Below, in pieces: positions 11,901-25,000 of a stretch of DNA of 64,000 nt. Positions within the stretch are counted from its first letter, which is position 1, and each line of letters opens with the position of its first letter. The notes beneath the pieces are model-generated. The model ran no database searches. It was not told the origin of the DNA and saw only the letters and a list, made by a program, of their open reading frames with translations. Position numbers and translations under genes: made by a program. Source of the DNA: Mustelus asterias (Eukaryota); the NCBI RefSeq assembly GCF_964213995.1, contig NW_027590197.1:62001-126000 (forward strand), given 5' to 3'.

Positions 11901-13603
11901 TGTAAATCTCACTCAGTCTCTTTCACTCGAACAGTCTTTGTCTCTATCTATTTCCCTCTTTTGGTCTTTGTTCTATTTGCTCACTGTCTTTGTGCAACTA
12001 AATTTCACTGGATTGATTCCTGAGATGAGGCGGTTGTCCTTGGAGGGCATTCAGTGGGATGAGTCTGTCCTCTCTGAAATTCACAACAATGAGAAGTGAT
12101 ATAATTGAAAAGGGAGGGAAAAGGAAGGATCAGGAAAGCAGCAAACACTTGATGTTGTTCCAGGAAAAGTGGGGTCTGGTGGTGTGGATGTCAGGTTTTA
12201 CACAGCACACGGTCAGCCTGTGGATTCACCCAGGATGAAGAATCTCTGAATGATTCTGTTCAAATCACCCAGAGAGGAACCTTTGAGACAAACCACCTAA
12301 GAAGGAGCAGCACATAAAGATATCCAAACACAGAGATCCAAACACACTCTCTCTCCCCGTCTCTTACACAGAAATGGGCAAACATAGAGACACACCCACA
12401 ACCAGACAGACATCTTCATTCATAGACACACACCCACACAGATAATTCCAGCCCTATCACGTGGAGAATACAGCCCATTCTGACTAATACTGGAGATGAA
12501 ATAACAGTGTCTTTACAAACCACAATGTTTGAGAAATTTAAGTAACCATTACCCTCCAGGGACTGTGAGAGTTCTGATTACCCATTTCCACTCCTTTCTC
12601 TAAACTTGAGTCTACGTTGAACAACATCTGGAACAGCAGCAATGACAAATCACGAACACTGAGCTGCCTCTTGTCAGCCTGGGTGAAGAGCCCTGCTGGG
12701 GGATAGTGTAAATTACAGAACAACATCCCTGGGTAATCAGTGTCTCTTGGTTCTGGAATTACAGAAGATGCTAATTCCCCTCACATTGATGGTCCAGTTA
12801 ATGAAGAGAATTCTAAGACAGGTTTCAAGCATAAAGAATATAATGTTGTTTTGACTCTGTCATCCTGGCCTCATTCATTACTGCTCCAATGTCCTGGGAA
12901 ATGTGCTGCACCACATCCAGCAGGTACCACAGACACTATTCATCTTTTTCAAAATGTGGATTCGAATCCGGGTCCCCAGAACATTAGCTGGGTTTCTGGA
13001 TTAATAGTCTATCGATAATACCATTAGGCATCGCCTCCCCCAAATTTGTTCCCTTTGGAACAAAGAAGCTGAAATGGAGATTTCATGGATCTGTTCAAGA
13101 TTATCGGGGTGGGGACGGGTGGTTTGATAGAGCAGGTCGGGAGAAACTGTTCCACTGATGCGGGTCAGTAACCAGAGGACTGGGATTGAAGATAATTAAA
13201 GAAAGACAGACTGGCATTAATATCGCACATTTCCCGACCAGCAGGAATCACAATGAGATCATTGTTATAATGAAGGCTGAATGGCCGAATGCTGCTCCTA
13301 CGGCTTATGGTCTATTCCTTAGTTCCCTCGAAACGGGGATAATCCCAGCCTCCCAAATGAAGATGCAGTCATTCAAAAATTAAAACAAAGTTGATTTTTA
13401 AAATTTTTTAAATCCAGAATACTAATATCTAAATCTGCACTGGATATTGTTAACATCAGACCCCAATAAATATAGTTCAGTTCTGGATGTGATTAACAGC
13501 AAACTCCAATCTGACTGGTGTGTCAGCACGTTGGATGACTGATTGAATCCTTTCCCACACTTGAAGCAGATGAATGGTTTCTCCCCAGTGTGAACTCGCT
13601 GGT

Positions 13604-14449
13604 TTACAGTGAGAGGAGATGATTGTCTGAACTCAGTCCCACAGTGAAAGCATCCGAACGGACTCGAGTGTGAACCCGTTGATGGGTCATCAAGTTCCCA
13701 AAACTTTTAAAGCACTTTCCACAGTCTGGGCATTTAAAAGGTCTCTCGTCAGTGTGAATCCGTTGATGGCAGATCAGGTTCGAAGAGTTAGCGAATTTCT
13801 TCCCACATTTGGAGCAGGTGAACGGGTTATCCTCAGTGTGAATCCGCTGGTGTGTCAACAGTTCTGTTGATGTAATGAATGCCTTCTCACACTCAGAGCA
13901 GGTGAATGGTCTCTCTCCAGAGTGAATTCGCTGGTGAATCAGAAGGTGAAACGACCGGCTGAATTTCTTCCCACACTCGGAGCAGGTGAATGGTCTCTCC
14001 CCAGTGTGAACTCGCTGGTGTGTCACCAGGTGGGTTGACTGAGTGAATCCCATTTTGCACTCGGAGCAGGTGAATGGTCTCTCCCCAGTGTGAACTCGCT
14101 GGTGTGACACCAGGTGGGCTGACTGAGTGAATCCCACCTTGCACACAGAGCAGGTGAATGGTCTCTCCCCAGTGTGAATTCGCTGGTGTCTCACCAGGTG
14201 GGACAACTGAGTGAATCCCTTCCCACACTCGGAGCAGGTGAACGGTCTCTCCCCAGTGTGACACCGTCGATGAATTTCCAGCTCTGATGGGGAACTGAAT
14301 CCCTTGCCACAATACTCACATTTCCACAATTTCTCTCCGTTGTGACTGCATTTATGTTTTGACAGGCCAGATAAACGGCTGAATCCTCGTCCACACACGG
14401 AACACGTGTACAGTTTCTCCCCACTGTGAGCGGTGCTTTTTCCTTCCAT
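13604..14449 (-). CDS. C2H2 zinc-finger protein ZNF-3 (9 fingers, frameshifted C-terminus)
   Basis: ATG at 14449 ([16 protein letters not shown]...); 9 intact fingers; two more finger remnants out of frame at ~13510-13660; acceptor at 14559-14560. Confidence 0.9.
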   Translation of the reverse strand: MEGKSTAHSGEKLYTCSVCGRGFSRLSGLSKHKCSHNGEKLWKCEYCGKGFSSPSELEIHRRCHTGERPFTCSECGKGFTQLSHLVRHQRIHTGERPFTCSVCKVGFTQSAHLVSHQRVHTGERPFTCSECKMGFTQSTHLVTHQRVHTGERPFTCSECGKKFSRSFHLLIHQRIHSGERPFTCSECEKAFITSTELLTHQRIHTEDNPFTCSKCGKKFANSSNLICHQRIHTDERPFKCPDCGKCFKSFGNLMTHQRVHTRVRSDAFTVGLSSDNHLLSL

Positions 14450-15844
14450 GTTCAAAATCCAATGATACGCATATTACGATAAATTGGGCGACTCTGTCTG
14501 ATCCTGATGTGATGTTTGGTTTCAGTTTTCCGACTGCAAATCCTCACCTTTGAATATGCTGTGAAATTGATTTAAAAAAGAAAAAAAGAGAGTGAGAGAG
14601 AACCCACAAAAACACAAAGGCAGGTTGTGAAATTGAGCTGAATGAATCTGGTAATTTGTGGGGCCGGCACTGGGAAAAAGAGACCAAGAAAACTGATGGA
14701 TTGTCACAAAAACCCAACTGGTTCACTAATGTCCTTCAGGGAAGGGAACCTTTGAGCCAGTCTGAACCTATACAAGACCAGAGCTTCAATGTGAAGAGGC
14801 AGCGGATGGGCGGGATTAAGAGATGTGGGAGGAGAAGAGGTGAAGGAGTGGATACATCTACAACCAGACAGAAACTCCCAAACCCTCAACCTCCACCATT
14901 TAGAAAGACCAGGTTCACAGGTGAATGTGAACATCATCACCTCAAAGTCACACAGCATCGCGACTGGACTGAGATCCTGTCCTGGATTAGGAGAAGTTTC
15001 CTCCATTTAAAGAGTGAGAAACATGAAACAATTGTCTTCAGTCCACGCTACAAACTCCACCCCGTGGACACTGACACCATCCCACTCTGATGCTGAAGCA
15101 GGCTGTTTACAACCAGGTTCAAATATTTATTTTCTAAGTCTGACTTTGCAGGGTCGACAAGGCTGTTTCCCGTGCCAAGGCCTATGCCTGGTCTGCCCAT
15201 TTCCATACCTTTTTAGTAACTTTGTACCAGTTGGGTATAACTGAGTGGCTTGCTGTGTCATATCAGAGGGAATTTAAGATTCAACCACATTGCAGATCTG
15301 GAGATACATGTAGGCCAGACCAGGTGAAGATGGCAGATTTGTTTTTCCCTAAACAGCACTAGTGAACCCAATGGGCTTTAATGATAATCAATAATGGTTT
15401 TTTGCTCATCATTAGCTTTTCAAATTTAAACTTTTATTAAATGTAAATTCCACCACCTGCCGTGGCAGGATTTGAACCTCGGTTCCCAGAACATTACCCT
15501 GGGTCTCACCCCCTCGATGCCCTTCCAACCACACACCTGTCCCATCTCCAAGAATGGGTTTCCATCGGTGAGGGGGCTGGGACCTCACACTGCATACTTC
15601 TTTGAAAACATGTATTGATATCCTCATAGCTATTTCTAAAATTATTAAAATGGGAGAAATAGCTGAATCTGTGAGTGTCTCTGACCCCTGAACAAATGGA
15701 GCAATCTGGGAGACACAAAGAAACTCACACCTCATTCTCCCAAAAGCGACATTTTGATTCTGGATCATGTGAAACACAATTGTTCTCTGTGATCTCTGCA
15801 CTGTAAATCTTTCCTTTCTCTGTCCATCTTCTATGTATGAATGT

Positions 15845-17403
15845 ATCCATCATTATGAAGTGCTTCAAAAGGTTAGTCATGGCACAAATCAGTCCGGCCT
15901 CCCAGACTGCCTGGATCCACTACAGTTCACTACTGCCACAACAGGTCCACAGCAGACACCACCTCCCTGGCCCTGCACTCAACCCTGGAACCACCTGGAT
16001 AACAAAGCACCTATTTCAGACTCCTGTGTATTGACTACAGCTCAGCCTTCAACACCATTATTCCTACGAAACACATCTCCAAATTCCGTGGCCTGGGGCT
16101 TAGCTCCTCTCTCTACGACTGGATCCAAGACTTCCGAACACACAGACTGCAATCAGTAAGAATAAGCAACAACACCTCCTCCACAATCATCCTCAACACC
16201 GGTGCCCCAGAATGCTGTGTCCTCAGCCCGTTACTATACTCCTTATACACCTATGACTGTGTGGCCAAATTCCCCCGCAACTTGATTTTCATGTTTGCTG
16301 ATGACACCACCGCAGTGAGTCATTTCTCAAACAATGATGAGACAGAGACAGGAATGAGACAGAGAATCTGGTGAACTGGTGACAATAATCTCTCCCTCAA
16401 TGTCAACAAAATGAAGGAGATAGTCATCAACTTCAGGAATCGTAAAGGAGAACATGCCCCTGTCTACATCAACAGGGATGAAGTGGAAATGGTCGAGAGC
16501 TGAGTTTCTAGGTGACCAGATCCCAACAACCTGTCCCGGTCCCTCCATGCCAATGCTACAATTACGAAAGCCCACCAATGTCTCTGCTTTCTCAGGAAGC
16601 TAAGGAAATTTGGCATGTCCGTTATGACTTTCAACAACTTTTATAGATACACCATAGAAAGCATTCTTTCTGGTTGTATCACAGCTTGGCGTGGTTCCTG
16701 CTCTGTCCAAGAACGCAAGAAACTACAATGGGTCATGACCGAAGCCTAGTCCATCACGCAAACCAGCCTCCCAACCATTGACTCTGTCTACACTTACCGC
16801 AACCTCAGAAAAGCAGCCAGTATAATCAATGACCCCACACACCCCGGACATTCTCTCTTCCAACTTCTTCCATCGGGAAAAAGATACAAAAGTCTGAGGT
16901 CCCGTACCAATCGACTCAATAACAGCTTCTTCCCTGCTGCTGTCAGACTTTTGAATGGACTTACCTTACATTAAGTTGATCTTTCTCTACACCCTAGCTA
17001 TGACTGTAACACAACATTCTGCACTCTCTCCTTTCTTCCTCTATCTATGGTATGCAAGAAACAATACTTTTCACTTCATACTAATACATGGTGGCACAGT
17101 GGTTAGCACTGCTGCCTCACAGCACTGGGGACCCAGATTCGATTCCCAGCTTGGCTCACTGTCTGTGTGGAGTTTGAATATTCTCCCTGTGTCTGCATGG
17201 GTTTCTTCCGGAAGCTCTGGTTTCCTCCCACAGTCCAAAGATGTGCAGGTGAGGTTAATTGGCCGTGCTAAAATTCTCCCTCTGAACAGGTGCCAGAGTG
17301 TGGCGACGAGGGGATTTTTACAGGACCTTCATCGCAGTCTGAATGTAAGCCTACTTGTGACTAATAAATAAACTTTGTGTGACAATAATAAATCAAATCA
17401 AAT
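15845..17403 (+). mobile_element. Rex1/Babar-clade non-LTR retrotransposon, degenerate 3' half
   Basis: Encodes DYSSAFNTI, GAPECCVLSPLLYSLYT and FADDTT motifs; tail aataaatcaaatcaaat; interrupted by a V-SINE. Confidence 0.8.
17088..17376 (+). mobile_element. V-SINE with alternative tail, nested in Rex1
   Basis: Head atggtggcacagtggttagcactgctgcctcac; tail gtaagcctacttgtgactaataaataaacttt. Confidence 0.85.
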
Positions 17404-18079
17404 GGTGCAACATTGAGTTACCACATTTGGAGTGTCTGTGAGTAAACTAAAGTTAATTCTCACTTAGAGTCATAGAGGTTTACAGCATGGAAACAGGCCC
17501 TTCGGCCCAACTTGTCCATGCCACCCCTTTTTTTAAACCCCTAAGCTAGTCCCAATTGCCCGCATTTGGCCCATATCCCTCTATAGCCATCGTACCCATT
17601 TCCTTCCCTAAAGGACATTAGTGAACATACATACGGATGTATGAATTACGAGCAGGAGTAAGCCTTGAAGTATTGGGCCGTATGCCACTGCTTATAAAGG
17701 ACGAATCAAATCAAAAACATCTTTCTGGTCACAGACAGATGTGAGATGAGAAATCAATGTGGAATAAGTTACCTTCCACCCCTCCTGTAGATAACATATC
17801 CCCCTAACATGGCTCACCCTGGCCCTGTCTTAGTGTTGTTTCTGAAAATTTCATGCATTCCCTCCTGACTTGACTGGACAGCCTCATCTATTCATTACCA
17901 ACTTGAGTTTCGCTAAATCCCTGTCTCAGCTGAGGTTTCTAGAACTTTCATTCATTCCTTTATTTTCTTTAGACTTGACTGTCAGTGTCCCTCATTTAAC
18001 CCATGAAAAACGTTGCTGTATATAAACCCCTGTCCTCTGCATCAAGTCCCACACACTCACCCATCACCATGTCCTCACC

Positions 18080-18323
18080 ATGGGGCTGCAGTGGTTAGCA
18101 CTGCTGCCTCACAGTGGGTTCAATTCATGGCTTGGGTGACTGTGTGTGTGGAGTCTGCACATTCTTCCCATGTCTGCATGGGTTTCCTCCCACAGTCAGG
18201 AAGGCTTGCTGGTTAGGTGCATTGACCCGAACAAGTGCCGGAGTGTGACAACTAGAGGAATTTTACAGGAACTTGCAGTGTTAATATAGGCTAAGCCTAC
18301 TTGTGACACTAATAAATAAAGTT
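18080..18323 (+). mobile_element. V-SINE with alternative tail
   Basis: gtggttagcactgctgcctcacag head; same tail as the 17088 copy. Confidence 0.8.
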
Positions 18324-18729
18324 TAAAACACTGACCCACACAGGCTCCCAGTTAAACAACTCAATTTAAAACATTGCATCTTTTTTTGCAAATCCTTCCA
18401 TGACATTATTGTTCCGTATTTCCAGTCACACAGATGTTTGAATCTTTTTCTACAGACACACTTACAATCAGGTTCTGATGAATGGAGTGACTCTGGCAGG
18501 TTTTGATCTGATGTCTGGTTTGAGTTTCCCTTCAAATTTTGTCGTCAAATTTCCTGTAAAAAAAGATCATCACTGTCAGTCAAGAATAGAAATTAAGTGA
18601 GAAACATTTCTCTTGGGTTGAGTTTTGTGTGTGTAAATCCTCCCCTTCTAACTCCCTGTAAAAGGAGTTTCCAAAGTCCATCCCTGTCAGTCCAGGAGAG
18701 AAATTCACAACATTCTCTCCTCCTGCTGA

Positions 18730-19110
18730 CAGGGAGCAGCGCGCATGCGCGCTATTGCCCATCGCTCCGAGAAAGATGGTCTCCGTCAACTCGGGGCCTC
18801 CAAATCAGGCATCTGTGGTCGCGGCCCCGAATGGTTGGAACGCGGCACTGAGCAGTTATTATTCGGGTTCTCCTGTCTCCACTGGGTGCTTATGAAGCCC
18901 CCCCCATCCACCCCACCGCCTGCATTACCCTCCAGAATAAGCCGTTTCCCTGGAAACCCGGAGCCGATATAACCGCCCTGCTGCTACTGCGGCAGCAACA
19001 TCCACTGCGCATGCACTTTGGATCTACAATGCGCGTGCGCAAAGTCTGTTGTAAGGATAGATCATATTCTGATTCACTGTGAATGCTGGGTAAGATAGCC
19101 ACCATTGAAG
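18730..19110 (-). promoter_or_regulatory. CpG-rich promoter, probably of ZNF-3
   Basis: gcgcgcatgcgcgc (~18739-18752), tgcgcatgca and tgcgcgtgcgca motifs; paralog of 10400-10700; followed on the minus strand by two acceptor modules (~18656, ~18554). Confidence 0.55.
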
Positions 19111-19335
19111 TATGTTATTGCATATTAAAAAATTATGTTTTGTGATTCAATTACAACTGAAGCCAAAGCACCAAGGTATAAAATGCAAATAACTAATACA
19201 GCAGCTAATGTCAACAGGCACCACAGCTCTGTCCTGAGTTTAATTAATAGCGGAACAAACGTCTACATCTGAAGATGAACTCCTTGGAGTGTCAGCTGGT
19301 GTAACAAACTGATTGATTTACCATCCACCCCCTCT

Positions 19336-19336
<1 letters not shown>

Positions 19337-19368
<32 letters not shown>
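19337..19368. repeat. (CA)16 microsatellite
   Basis: Direct read. Confidence 0.95.
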
Positions 19369-19372
<4 letters not shown>

Positions 19373-20094
19373 CTTGAAAATAAGAATGAACTCATGGTTG
19401 ATCAAATCCTTTGAACTTTTAAATATGTTAACAGAAGGGGAAAATGAATAAATCCATTTACACACACAACATACCTGAATGGTCTCTTTCTGGTGTGGCT
19501 GTGCTGCTGTAAATAGGATAACTGACCACTTACATTCCAGAACTGACTGGGTCAGCACTGCCCTATTTCCAAGACCAACATTGAGGGGCAGCTGTTTCAC
19601 AGCGCCTGGGACCCGGGTTCAATTCCCAGCTTGGGTCACTATCTGTGTGGAGTTTGCACGTTCTCCCTGTGTCTATGTGTGTTTCCTCTGGGTGCATTCA
19701 CCATTGTTCTTCCTGACTCTAAACACAGTTGTGAAGGAGCTTCTGTTCCGTGTCTCGGAGCTCTGAACCATGGAAAAGAACGACTGGGACACATTTCTTA
19801 CACTCCTCAGGATTCACCCACACGGGGACTTTGTTGTCAGTGAAAAGTGACGAAAAAGAACAAAGTGCTGTTTGTCCCTCTCAGCGTGACCCTGAAGGAC
19901 TGTGTCAAGAATGAAGTTCTGTTCCTACTGTATGATCCTCCCTCAGATTTCCCTTTCTGAGCTCCAGCCTGGTGACGTTAAACACTCAAATGGAAAAGAC
20001 AAAAATTGACAACAATGATTCAATCAAATGTCTATTTCACATTTATTCAGAATATCAAACCTCAACAGAAGAAAAAAGTCAGAGTGAACATGAT

Positions 20095-20907
20095 TCAGAC
20101 CTGGATATGATTAACAGCATCAATAAGTGTAGAATCCAAACCTTGCAGTCGTTTGTGAACTCGCTGGTGTGTTAGCAGGTGGGATGACTGAATAAATCCC
20201 TTTCCACAGACGTTACAGGTGAATGGCCTCTCCCCAGTGTGAACTCGCTGGTGATTCAATAGATTGGATGAACGAGTGAATCCCTTCCCACACACGGAGC
20301 AAGTGAATGGCCTCTCCTCACTGTGAACCTGCTGGTGTGTCAGAAGGTTGTATGAACGGGTGAATTTCTTCCCACATCCAGAGCAGGTGAACGGTCTATC
20401 CCCTGTATGGAGCTGCTGGTGTATCAGAAGATTGGATGAATTAATGAATCCCTTCCCACAGTCTGAGCAGGTGAAGGGCCTCTCCCCAGTGTGAATTCTC
20501 TGGTGGTTCAGTAGGCCAGATGGGCGGCTGAATCCCTTCCCCCACACACAGCAGGTGAATGGCCTCTCCCCAGTGTGAGTATATTGGTGCGTCAGCAGAT
20601 CTTTTTTGCATTTAAAACTCTTCTCACAGTCAGAACATGGAGACAGTCTCTCATCAGTGTGAACAACTTGGTGTGTCACAATGTGGGATGAGCGAGTGAA
20701 TCCTTTCCCACAGACAGGGCAGGTGAACGGCCTCTCCCCAGTGTGAACCCGTTGGTGAGTCAGAAGGTTGTATGAATGGGTGAACCCCTTCCCACAAACA
20801 GAGCAGGTGAACGGTCTCTCTCCAGTGTGACTGCGCCGATGAACTTCCAGTTGTGATGGGAAACCGAATCCTTTCCCGCACTCCACACATTTCCACGGTT
20901 TCTCCAT
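20095..20907 (-). CDS. C2H2 zinc-finger protein ZNF-4 (9 fingers, one with Cys->Trp)
   Basis: caccATGG Kozak start, MEKPWKC; inverted paralog of 31425-32405; acceptor at 21266-21267. Confidence 0.9.
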   Translation of the reverse strand: MEKPWKCVECGKGFGFPSQLEVHRRSHTGERPFTCSVCGKGFTHSYNLLTHQRVHTGERPFTCPVCGKGFTRSSHIVTHQVVHTDERLSPCSDCEKSFKCKKDLLTHQYTHTGERPFTCCVWGKGFSRPSGLLNHQRIHTGERPFTCSDCGKGFINSSNLLIHQQLHTGDRPFTCSGCGKKFTRSYNLLTHQQVHSEERPFTCSVCGKGFTRSSNLLNHQRVHTGERPFTCNVCGKGFIQSSHLLTHQRVHKRLQGLDSTLIDAVNHIQV

Positions 20908-21829
20908 GGTGCTGGTGCCCTTGTGTTTCTCCAGGTTGGATGATCAGTTCAAGCCTCATCCACACACACAACACACACGTAGTTTCACCCTGCTGTGAAC
21001 TGTGATGTTTTTTCAGGCTGTGTAACTGGTTAAAGATCTATCCACATGCAGTTCACTGGAACACTCTCACTCGGGTGTGTGTTTGTCTCGATGCTTTTCC
21101 AGTCACAGTGATGTTTAATTTCTTTGCCCACAGGCAGAACAGACAAATATTTCTCTTTCCAAATTCAAAGACCGATGATATTCAGCTCTGAAGGAACTGA
21201 ATGACTTTGCCAGTTATGATGTTCGGTTTGAGTTTTCTGTCTGCCATTCTTTCACTTCCAATATCCTGTAAAAACAGTTCAGAAAAGTCATCACTGTCAG
21301 AACAGGATAGAAACTCTGAACAGACAATTCTAGTTTGTCAGAAACATTTTTTCCTCTCTTGTTCCCCCAAATCTGTAAATCTCCGTCCCACACACTCTCC
21401 CTCCTCCCTGGGCTGAAATCCAAACCCATCTCACCATCTCTTTCCTCCACTCCCAGTTTTCTCCCTCCCTCTCCTCTGTCTGGGTTCAGTTCTCCAGCTC
21501 CTGTCTGCAGACTGACAATAAAACCAATGGGTCTTACTGGGGGTGTTGGGGCCTCCAGCGGGTGTTTGTGAATCCTCCCCGCCCACCTCCCAGGGTTTCC
21601 TTCCTTCCCAGAGATCAGAGTCCTCATTGATTTGAGGCCAAAGTGTAACCTCTTATTTATTGTCCCTCTCCCCCATCCTCTGATGTGAACCATCCTCCAG
21701 TGGCTGAGCCAGGATGGGGCCGTTAACCTGGGCCTGTTCCCGGGAGGGAGGGAGAAGCCCCGCAGCTGCAAACCAGGGAGCTGACAATGATTCTGAAGGG
21801 TTTGCGGATCCACAAAGTGTTTCCAAATC

Positions 21830-22317
21830 CTCCCAGCCACCGCCTAACGCTGACTCCGCTTCTCCGGGACAAACAAGCGCCAAGGACAGCAATGACACTG
21901 CGCATGCTCCACATCACAATGCCCGGGGACTGATTGACGGCAGCTCGGACCAATAGGAAGAGGGGGCGGGGCTGGAGGACCGAGCGGGAGCGGCTGGTCC
22001 TCCAACCAATCGGAGTGAATGGGGGGCGCGACCTGAAGCATGCGCAGTGCCGGTAATGGCGACGGATGGATGGTTTTGACTCGGAACCGAGATCAATACG
22101 AGGTAGAGGGCGGCGTGCGGGGAATGATAAATGTGGCGGGTGGGTGGAGAGACTTTGTAAACATGTTGTTCAAACCCAAACCCCGGAAATGAACTTCCCG
22201 GTTCCCCCCCTTTGTACCCAATGGAGCGGCAGCTTGTAGTGTTAGACCCGGGCTGACTGCCGCCATTGAGGCTGCATGTGGGAGACCGGCAGGGATTGTG
22301 ATCGGAGAGTGAAGCCC
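21830..22317. promoter_or_regulatory. CpG-rich promoter between head-to-head ZNF-4 and ZNF-5
   Basis: Two NRF1-like motifs flanking a CCAAT/GC-box unit; ETS-like ccggaa (~22183); left part nearly identical to 30177-30500 in inverted orientation. Confidence 0.65.
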
Positions 22318-22477
22318 TGACGTCACAATGGAATGGGTGAGGGTGTGACATCACAATGGAATGGGTGAGAGTGTGACATCACAATGGAATGGGTGAGAGT
22401 GTGACGTCACAATGGAATGGGTGGGAGTGTGACGTCACAATGGAATGGGTCGGAGTGTGAGGTCACAATGGAATGGG
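22318..22477. repeat. 28-bp minisatellite (~5.7 copies) carrying CRE palindromes
   Basis: Unit tgacgtcacaatggaatgggtgagagtg starting at 22318, 22346, 22374, 22402, 22430 and 22458. Confidence 0.95.
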
Positions 22478-24590
22478 AAAAGATATTGACTATCTCGCTG
22501 ATCTATGCCCCTCATTATTTTATAGACCGCTATAAGGTCACTACAAAGCCTCCTACGCTCCAGAGAAAAAAGTCGCAGTCTATCCAGCCTTATAACTCAA
22601 ACCATCAAGTCCCGGTAGCATCCTAGTAAATCTTTTCTGCACGTTTTCTTGTTTAATAATATCCTTTCTACAATAGGGTGACCAGAACTGGACACAGTAT
22701 TCCAAGTGTGGCCTTACCAATGTCTTTTACAACTTCAACAAGACGTCCCAACTCCTGTATTCAATGTTCTGACCAATGAAACCAAGCATGCTGAATGCCT
22801 TCTTCACCATTCTGTCCACCTGTGACTCCGTTTTCAAGGAGCTATGAACCTGTACTCCTGGATCTCTTTATTCTATAGCTCTCTTCAAGTCCCACCATTA
22901 ACTGAGTAAGTCCTGCCCTGGTTCGATCCACCAAAATGCATCACCTTGCATTTATCTAAATTTAACTCCATCTACCATTCATCAGCCCACTGGCCCAATT
23001 GACCAGGATCCTGTTGCAATCCTAGATAACCTTCACTGTCCAATATGCCACCAATCTTGGTGTCATCTGCAAAATTAATAACAATGCCTCCTATATTCCC
23101 ATCCAAATCATGAATATAAATGGCAAATAACAGAGGACCCAGCACCGATCCGTGAGGCACACTGCTGGTCACAAGCCTCCAGTTTGAAAAACAACCCTCC
23201 ACAACCACCCTCTATCTTCTGTCATCAAGCCCATTTTGTATCCATTTGGCTACCGTACCCTGGCTCCTGTGAGATTTAACCTTCTGCGACAACCTACCAT
23301 GTGGTACCTTGTCGAAGGCCTTGCTAAAGTCCATGTAGACAACATCAACTGCACTGCCCTCATCTACCTTCTTGGTTACCCCTTCAAAAATATAATATCA
23401 AGGGTAAGACTCTTAGCAGTGTAGAGGATCAGAAGGACCTTGGGGTCCGGGTCCATAGGACTCTTAAATCGGCCTCGCAGGTAGAGGAGGTGGTTAAGAA
23501 GGCGTATGGTGTGCTGGCCTTCATCAATCGAGGGATTGAGTTTAGGAGTTGGGAGATAATGATGCAGCTTCATAAGACCCTCGTCAGACCCCACTTGGAG
23601 GACTGTGCTCAGTTCTGGTCACCTCATTACAGGAGGGATGTGTAAATGATTGCAAGGGTGCAGAGAAGATTTACAAGGATGTTGCCTGGATTGGTTGGCA
23701 TGCCTTATGAGGATAGGTTGAGGGAGCTCGGTCTTTTCTCCTTGGAGAGTCGAAGGATGAGAGGTGACCTGATCGAGGTGTACAAGATGTTGAGAGGTAT
23801 AGATCGAGTGGATTCTCGGAGGCTTTTTCCCAGGGCTGAAATGGCTGCTATGAGAGGATACAGGTTTAAGGTCCTGGGGAGTAGCTACAGAGGAGATGTC
23901 AGGGGTAAGTTCTTCACTCAGAGGGTGATGGGTAGTGGAATCGGCTGCCGTCAGGGTGGTGGAGGCAAACTCGATAGGGTCTTTTAAGAGACTTCTGGAT
24001 GAGTACATGGGACTTAATAGGATTGAGGGTTATAGGTAAGCCTATATATAAGCCTAGGTAGGTAGGGACATGACCGGCGCAACTTGTGGGCCGAAGGGCC
24101 TGTTTGTGCTGTATTTTTTTCTATGTTCTAAGTTCTAAAAAACTCAATCAAATTTGTGAGACATGATTTTCCACTCACAAAGCCATGCTGTCCCTAATCA
24201 GTCCTTGCGTCTCTAAATGCCTGTAGATCCTGTCTCTCAAAATTCCTTCAAGCAACTCAGCCACTACAGATGTGAGGCTCACCCACCGGCCTGTAGTTCC
24301 CAGGCTTTTCCCTGCAGCCCTTCTCAAACAAAGGCACAACATTTGCCACCGTCCAATCTTCAGGCACCTCACCTGTGACTATCGATGATTCAAATATCTC
24401 TGCTAGGGGACCCACAATTTCCTCCCTAGCCTCCCACAATGTCCTGGGATCCACTTCATCAGGTCCCGGGGATTTATCTACCTTGATGCACTTTAAGACT
24501 TCCAGCACCTCCTTCTCTGTTACATGTGCACTCCTGAAGACATCACTATTTATTTCCTCAAGTTCCCTAACATCCATGCTTTTCTCAACA
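22478..24590 (-). mobile_element. CR1 LINE, older degenerate copy split by a younger CR1
   Basis: ORF pieces DKSPGPDE..PEDWTVANVVPLF and VPHGSVLGPLLF..FADDTK; sequence resumes across 23390/24137 (compare 5890-5910). Confidence 0.9.
23391..24136 (+). mobile_element. Young CR1 3' fragment nested in an older CR1
   Basis: Highly similar to 45750-46468 and 47405-48133; ttctatgttcta tail; inserted in an A-run. Confidence 0.9.
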
Positions 24591-24597
24591 AAGGATT

Positions 24598-25000
24598 CCT
24601 CAAAGGATTGTGAATGAAGCCCAGTCCATCACCCAAACCTGCCTCCCATCCATTGACTCTGTGTACACATCCGGGTGCCTCGGAAAAGCAGCCAGCATAA
24701 TCAACCCTCGCACCCCGGACATTCACGCTTCCACCTATTTCCTTTGGGAAATGAAACAAAAGTCTGAGCTCACGTACCAACCAACTCAAGAACAGCTTCT
24801 TCCCTGTTGCCATCAGACTTTTGAATGGACCTACCCCGCACTAAGTTGATCTTTCTGTCCACCTTAGCTATGACTGTAACACTACATCCTGCACTCTCTC
24901 CTTTCCTTCTCTATGAACTGTATGCCTTGTCTTGATAGTGTGCAAGAAACAATTCTTTTCACTGTATACTAGTACATGTGACAGTAATAAATCTAATCAA
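24598..25000 (+). mobile_element. Rex1/Babar 3' end fragment
   Basis: Matches 16725-17090 plus tail. Confidence 0.75.
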
